A stretch of 64,000 nucleotides of DNA from Octopus bimaculoides (Eukaryota): positions 130,576 to 194,575 of the forward strand of contig NC_068989.1 in the NCBI RefSeq assembly GCF_001194135.2. The letters are read 5' to 3'. Numbering within the stretch: the first letter of the stretch is position 1; each line of letters starts with the position of its first letter. Shown here one piece after another: positions 58,080 to 64,000 of this stretch. Below the pieces are notes generated by a model. The model ran no database searches. It was not told the DNA's origin and was given only the letters and a program-made list of their open reading frames with translations. Both the position numbers and the translations under genes were made by a program.

Positions 58080-59307
58080 GGCTTCTTTCAGTTTCCGTCT
58101 ACCAAATCCACTCACAAGGCTTTGGGGGGAGGGGGAAATATGTACAAAAATACGGAGATTATGATTCTGAAAAAAAAAATTGTAAAATTTCAATTTTTCA
58201 ACAAAAAAAAAATTACCCCAACCCCCTCCCGATTCTACAGCCTTGACCCTCAAGCAGGCTATTCACATGCTAGAAATAACAGCCAAATCTTACAAAACTA
58301 CGATGACATAATGAAAGAAACAAAAGAAAATATGTAATCAATCTACTCACCTTTCTGCAAAGATTTCTTTCAGAGTAATTTCCTGCTGTAATATGACAAA
58401 GTGAAATTAAAGTGTTCATTTAAGGAAATATTGAAGCAGCTTGCTCCAGAGGAAATAATAGATTTTTTTGAAAACAAACGGTATTATTGCCACAAGTAAA
58501 ACATGTGTTTGCACACACGATATGAAGGAACACCTTAATTTAACTTAGTCACAGTGTTTCTTTGCTATTTTCACTTTTCTTTTTTCAAAAGAGTTTGCTG
58601 TTATTTCTGCTCTCGTATTTCAATATAATAAAAACGTTGATATTTCATGGCTTTTCAGTTATTTTCAATGCAACTATCGGTTCTGTGGTGAAAGCATCTG
58701 GCTTAGTGGTTACGATAGTGGTTCCCTACTGACTTTTAGCTATGCCCAAAATCTCCACTGATACCATTTTACAACATTTTATAAAATGGGAAGTGGAGTC
58801 TACCAGCAGTACTATCCAATGGGATATTATACTCTAGAACATTCTGAACTAACATTTTTTATCACTCAATTATTGGTCTTCTTGGTTGTATTTAGTAGAA
58901 TTATATTATTCGATTTGTGGACAGCAGAATTTGGCTTGCTTGTCCAGGCAGCGGAATGGCATCATTGAAAAGCTGAAACCAAGCGCATTGTGACCAGCAA
59001 TGTTTAACAGCATCCAATAATCTGGTTGATCACATGACCATGTGATATTGTTCAATTAGCCAAACATTTGTGATCTTCCTTCTGAGATCGGTTTAGGTGT
59101 GCAAGGTCCCATCACTTAATGTGTTTGATAGACCACAGGATTATCATTTGGTCCACTTCTCTTCTCCTTTGAGTTTTCAAACTCAGTTCATGAGATTTCA
59201 TCTTCCAAAGCAGACTTTTTTATTTTTGTGGTGGGAGGTAGTTTTAATGGTTTATGTTGATATATCTATTGATTACTAGAATCCTGCATTGTTTCTGTTT
59301 TCTGTAG

Positions 59308-59406
59308 ATCCAACAAAAAATCGACACCCTCACTGAAGCTTATCAGACAATGTTACAGAATTGGAAGGAACACAAAAAGGTTCATGAATACAATCTTGAA
59401 GCTCAG
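59308..59406 (+). CDS. SPTBN5: betaH-spectrin exon 48 (first exon after the gap)
   Basis: tgtag|...|gtatgt; IQQKIDTLTEAYQTMLQNWKEHKKVHEYNLEAQ; 99 nt, phase 0->0. Confidence 0.92.
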
Positions 59407-60074
59407 GTATGTCAATTAATTTCATTTAACATTATTTTTCCTTTTTATTTCATTGGTTAGTAACATCAGTGCTAATGACCTTTACAGACCTCTCAAACTG
59501 AGGAGAATAGACAATTGTCAGTTTGAAATTCTTGAATTTCAAAAATATTTCACTATAATATTGTGAGAGGAAATGGTTTTATAACTGAATATTTTCCCTG
59601 ATCCAAACCTCCAAGTCATTTAAATAGGCAAAACTTATATTACACTCGATTACAGTGTTAAATCTCTTTGGCAGTTTGTTAGTACTGTATTGCAAATAAT
59701 AACATGACTCTTGAATATAAAAACTTTTGCATTTTATTGGATAATTGATTTAATTTCTGAGGCTTTCAACCTAAAAACATTTCAGTTATGGAAATGAACT
59801 AATTTAGCTTCTTCTACTCCGGCACAAATATTAACTTCTTATCATAGAAAAACTGAATGCATACTATAAGACTTTCTAGTTAGCAGTTTTATGGGAGATA
59901 TGTTTGCACTATTGCTGCCTATATGCTCATATACATAAGCTCAAATATAATTACAATAATTATATTGTCTGAGAACAAGGCATCTGGCAGTAAAAAAAGA
60001 AGAAAAAAAATTTATCAGCAAACAGATTTTCTATTCATTCTCTGCTGGATGTGTAATGTCAGTTTGCTTACACA

Positions 60075-60465
60075 ATAGAGTGTAAGCACCCTGAGAGAAA
60101 AGTTGGACATAAGAGGCATCAGATGTGGTGTGCAAAAGAGACGACTGCACTGGTATGGTCATGTGTTACATATGGATGAGGACAGCTGTATGAAGAAGTG
60201 TCACGCCCTAACAGTGGAGGGAACCTGTGGAAGAGGTAGACCCAGGAAGACATGGGATGAAGTGGTGAAGCATGACCTTTGAATGTTGGGCTTCACAGAA
60301 GCAATGACAAATGACTGAGACCTTTGAAGATATGCTGTGCTTGAGAAGACCCGGCAAGTCAAGTGAGATCGTAGCCATGGCTGATGCCAGTGTCATGTAA
60401 CCAGCCTGTTTAAAAGTACCCTTTGATCGTCGGGCAATATACTGTGCTTGAGAAGACCTCACATG
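60075..60465 (+). mobile_element. RTE LINE ORF C-terminus
   Basis: Plus frame VQKRRLHWYGHV...CMKKCHALTVEGTCGRGRPRKTWDEVVKHDL. Confidence 0.88.
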
Positions 60466-60643
60466 CACATGCCTATATACCTGTCATATGTATATAGGTG
60501 TGTATGTGGAGAGGGAGAGAGAGATGGTCACAAAGGCACTGTAACAATATATGGAATGTTTTTGAATTTTCAGGTTTCCTAGTTTCCATTTATATCAAAA
60601 TAGTACATTTTTATTCTTAATTTCATTGTAAACTTTCTTTTAG

Positions 60644-60826
60644 AAATTCCGTAAAGAAATGGAGCAGTTTGAAAGCTGGATAGCAGTAAGAGACCAGACT
60701 GTGAAAGATCAGAAATTCGGTAATTCTATTGAAGAAGTAGAAGAACTAATCCGAAAACATGAAGATTTTGAAAAAACTATTGCTGCACAGGAAGAAAAAT
60801 ATAACGCACTCCTTAAAAAAATCAAG
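60644..60826 (+). CDS. SPTBN5: betaH-spectrin exon 49 (final partial repeat)
   Basis: tttag|...|gtttga; KFRKEMEQFESWIAVRD...GNSIEEVEELIRKHEDFEKTIAAQEEKYNALLKKIK; 183 nt, phase 0->0. Confidence 0.94.
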
Positions 60827-61254
60827 GTTTGATACTCTGCCTTCATAACATTATTACTTTTTCTTCTTCCCTTCTTGATCAAAGTTTAAAAAATATTATC
60901 TTTTACTGAGTATTTCTATCAATTTTATCAATCTTCGTATAAACAGCATTTTCTGAAGGATGTAGCATAAGAATTCCAGTATGATTTATTTGTATGAATT
61001 GTAATATTGAAAACTGGTATCTGTTTGTTATAAATTTGAGAGTGATAAAAACCATCATCATCTTGTACTGCTTACACAGATTCCCATGGCTCTATGTTGC
61101 CATCCAATTCCATTATTATGAATTTGAATTCGGAGCTTCAGTCATAATGAATCTTTCATTAGCTGATCACACAACCATGGCCACCACTCCTATGGATGTG
61201 TTGCAGTTACTCTCTTGATAGAGATTGGTGATCCCAACTGTTGATCTTCTAGGA

Positions 61255-61316
61255 CAGTGGTTCCCAAACTTTTTATTTAAATGAGTTTTCCAATGGCTCC
61301 CTTTTAATATGCTTAT

Positions 61317-61357
<41 letters not shown>

Positions 61358-61430
61358 TCTGAATTTAGTTCATGGACCCACAATACTACTCCTAGTACTA
61401 CCTTTGCAGACCCCAGGTTGGGAACCACTG
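61255..61430. mobile_element. hAT (Charlie-like) MITE with internal (TA)n
   Basis: TIRs cagtggttcccaa / ttgggaaccactg; partly matching 8-bp flanks ttctagga / ttctatct. Confidence 0.7.
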
Positions 61431-61745
61431 TTCTATCTGCCCAGCATCAATGTAAGAAGCATTGTTGGCTTGGTTGTGCTCTTCTGCGACCTCTTCACAA
61501 TCTACCGTGCTGCAGTATCCCTAGTAGCATGGCTGAATGGATGCTATGCCTTGCCAGAGGGTAGCCCATAAAAACTGGTCTGATGTTTGAGACAGAGGAA
61601 AGACAGCTGCCAGACATGATAGATGTTGTTAACTATGTAAAAGTAGATCATGATTCTTCAGCTTTACTCTAATAGCTTTCAGACCCCAAATGAGAGAGAG
61701 AGAGAATATGAAAGAAATTGTTGTATTCAGTGCTTAGGTGTACTA

Positions 61746-62272
61746 TTGGGTTGTCCAGAAAGTTTGTGCCGATTTTTAAAGGAAAGAAAAAGGTCAATAA
61801 ATACTTGCCATTACATTTTTAATCAACCAAATATGAACCATTTTGTTGCACAATGCATCTCCATCTTTCCTTTAACTTGAAAATACCCTCTTCCCAGAAT
61901 TGAGGTAGTTTCATGGCAAAGAATTCATCAAGGTATCTTTTTACGTCATCCAAGGAATTGAAATTTTTACCATTAAGACTATTCTGCAGAGACCTGAATA
62001 AGTGGAAATCTAAAGGAGCAATATCTGGTGAATATGGAGGGTGGGGTAACACATCCCAGTCGAGCTGCAGCAATTTTTGTCTGGTTCCCAAAGAAATGTG
62101 TGGTCTTGCATCATCATGTTGGAAAACAACACCCTTCCTTTTGGCTAATTCTAGACGTTTCTCTTTTATTGGTGCTTTTAACTCGTCCAGTTGTGTGCAG
62201 TATTTCTCAGAATTAATTGTCTGCTTACTTGGGAGAAGCTCATAGTACAGAATTCCTTTCCAATCCCACCAT
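61746..62272 (-). mobile_element. Mariner transposase 3' fragment with one TIR
   Basis: Minus ORF FQHDDARPH...DVLPHPPYSPDIAPLDFHLFRSLQNSL; TA followed by ttgggttgtccagaaag terminus. Confidence 0.9.
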
Positions 62273-63037
62273 AAGAGATTTTATTGTTGGTATATGTAGA
62301 AATAAAATAAAAATGCATGGGTATATATATGAGTGAGTGTGTGTGTGGATTCAATGTATTTAATAGAGGTTTGGAGGAATTAGTTGTATCTTTGAAACAA
62401 ATAAAGAGAAATTAACAGCATATTCACAAGTCTAGTTTTAAAGTTAAACTTGAAAATTTTTTTGAGTTTATGAAATTTATGTAAGTTTCCATTGAGTGAA
62501 CTGTATCTTCTGATGATTGCAAAATGATTATAGAATCATAAATTTTGGAGGGTCTGAGATTGGAAATAAAATTTCAGCTATTCTGAGTTGAGATCTGTTT
62601 GTTGAGTTATTGGTTGGTCAGAGCTATGTAAAACACGTCCTGTGTCCTCCATTGTTTCCTCAATCAGCATATTGTTGCTCAGGGGTATAGATGATCTCTT
62701 TAAAAATGGTTTGGACAACTTCTTTGATAAAATAGATAAGTGCTTAAAGGGAAAATATTCCTAATGGAGTTAGCTTGGGGAAATTTCTTCAAATATTACT
62801 TCTGCTTAGTTGTAGATTCACTAACGTTACACTTAAAATGAACTCTCCCTGAATGTATACAAGTCTAACAACTTTCCTAGATTCTACCTCTGGAGGTGAA
62901 ACAAAACATCTGTAATAGATAGGAACTTAAATCCTATGAACAGCTTGTTCAGTGCTCTTTGCTTGTAACCAGTTTAGTTTTTTTGCTTAAAGATGTCTTC
63001 AGGTTGTTGGTAAATTAATATAAATGATAATCTCTCT

Positions 63038-63038
<1 letters not shown>

Positions 63039-63072
<34 letters not shown>

Positions 63073-63190
63073 CCATTCTCTCTATCTATCTCTCTATCAT
63101 TCTCTCTATCTCTCTATCTAGCATTCTATCTATCTATCTGTCTATTATTCTCTCTCTATCTATCTATCTATCTATCTATCATTCTCTCTA
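63039..63190. repeat. (TATC)n / (TC)n compound microsatellite
   Basis: Direct reading. Confidence 0.9.
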
Positions 63191-63595
63191 TTAATAAAAG
63201 TTGTATCTTCTTAGGATTAAGGTCAGGGTTGATAGTTTTTAAGAAATACTTGAATCTCTCTAGTCTTAGCTTAAACTTGCCACATTAAGGGCACTTTGTT
63301 GCAGTCTTAAATTTGTTTGATGTAGCTATTTTGTTTATTTTGATTCAGTAATTAATAACTTTTAAACTGATTAAACTGTTGCAAGTTTGAGATTGTTCCA
63401 GAGAATATAGTATCCTTTAATCAATTTAAGAGACGTATCATCAGCTGCCACGAATAGCATTGTACCATACGAAAGGAATATAACTGCTTTGTGATTAAAT
63501 ACATCAAAACATTGATATCTCGAAAACACTGATAACACATTTTACCTTTACTTTCTAAACTTATTAAGATAGGTTTAAAATCTTTGTCATTATAG

Positions 63596-63718
63596 ATTGA
63601 AGATGCTATGGCTGAAAAGCACTTAAAAGACCAACAGGATCAAATGCAATCAGAAAACCGAAAAGATAAGGATCGACTCAATGAAATTCGACGAAAGGAA
63701 CAAGAACGAATCTTAGAG
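63596..63718 (+). CDS. SPTBN5: betaH-spectrin exon 50 (charged post-repeat segment)
   Basis: tatag|...|gtcagt; IEDAMAEKHLKDQQDQMQSENRKDKDRLNEIRRKEQERILE; 123 nt, phase 0->0. Confidence 0.88.
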
Positions 63719-63780
63719 GTCAGTAAAAGAAAAATATTTGGGGTTTCGAAATTTTTTTTTTTTTTTAACTTAGAAAGATG

Positions 63781-64000
63781 TCATCGTTTAACGTCCGCTT
63801 TCCATGCTAGCATGGGTTGGACGATTTGACTGAGGACTGGTGAAACCGGATGGCAACACCAGGCTCCAGTCTGATTTGGCAGAGTTTCTACAGCTGGATG
63901 CCCTTCCTAACGCCAACCACTCAGAGAGTGTAGTGGGTGCTTTTACGTGTCACCCGCACGAAAACGGCCATGCTCGAAATGGTGTCTTTTATGTGCCACC
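63781..64000 (-). mobile_element. Young RTE 3' UTR copy (runs off the window)
   Basis: One mismatch versus 39741-39957 over about 217 nt. Confidence 0.92.

Larger units (their letters stand above)
321..63718 (+). other. SPTBN5: Beta-heavy spectrin gene (partial, 50 exons in window, continues beyond both ends)
   Basis: The spliced exons give one open frame of tandem ~106-aa spectrin repeats with helix-A Trp, GxD linkers and HxxFE motifs. It ends in a partial repeat (GNSIEEVEELIRKHEDFEKTIAAQEEK) followed by a charged segment (RLNEIRRKEQERILE). More than 22 repeats with no SH3 or EF-hand interruption, plus this ending, match the C-terminal part of betaH-spectrin (karst/SMA-1/SPTBN5) as I recall it. 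Orthology was not confirmed by search. Confidence 0.88.

Overview
AT-rich animal genomic DNA, most likely an octopod cephalopod. That is an inference from the (CAT)n-tailed RTE elements and tRNA-derived SINE families, not a database match. The + strand carries 50 recoverable coding exons (6,847 nt, about 2,282 codons, all GT-AG and phase-compatible) of a beta-heavy spectrin gene (SPTBN5/karst type). They cover about 23 spectrin repeats and run into the charged segment after the last partial repeat, and the gene extends beyond both window ends. About 250 codons are missing at a 100-N gap (57980-58079). The introns hold RTE LINE fragments, SINEs, mariner relics, MITEs and Penelope-like elements (PLE). 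Three observations stand out. (1) A TSD-flanked palindromic element of about 480 bp (50887-51366) combines a tRNA-like Pol III head with a minimal type I hammerhead ribozyme motif; other PLE-linked hammerhead motifs and a PLE RT relic also occur in the gene. (2) Exons 7-17 and 37-47 have an almost exactly duplicated exon-size/intron-phase pattern, a fossil of an ancient multi-repeat duplication that also predicts what the gap hides. (3) One coding exon begins with a perfect recursive splice site. No rRNA, bona fide tRNA or CRISPR features were found. All coordinates were read by hand; TE boundaries are approximate unless a TSD or TIR is cited.
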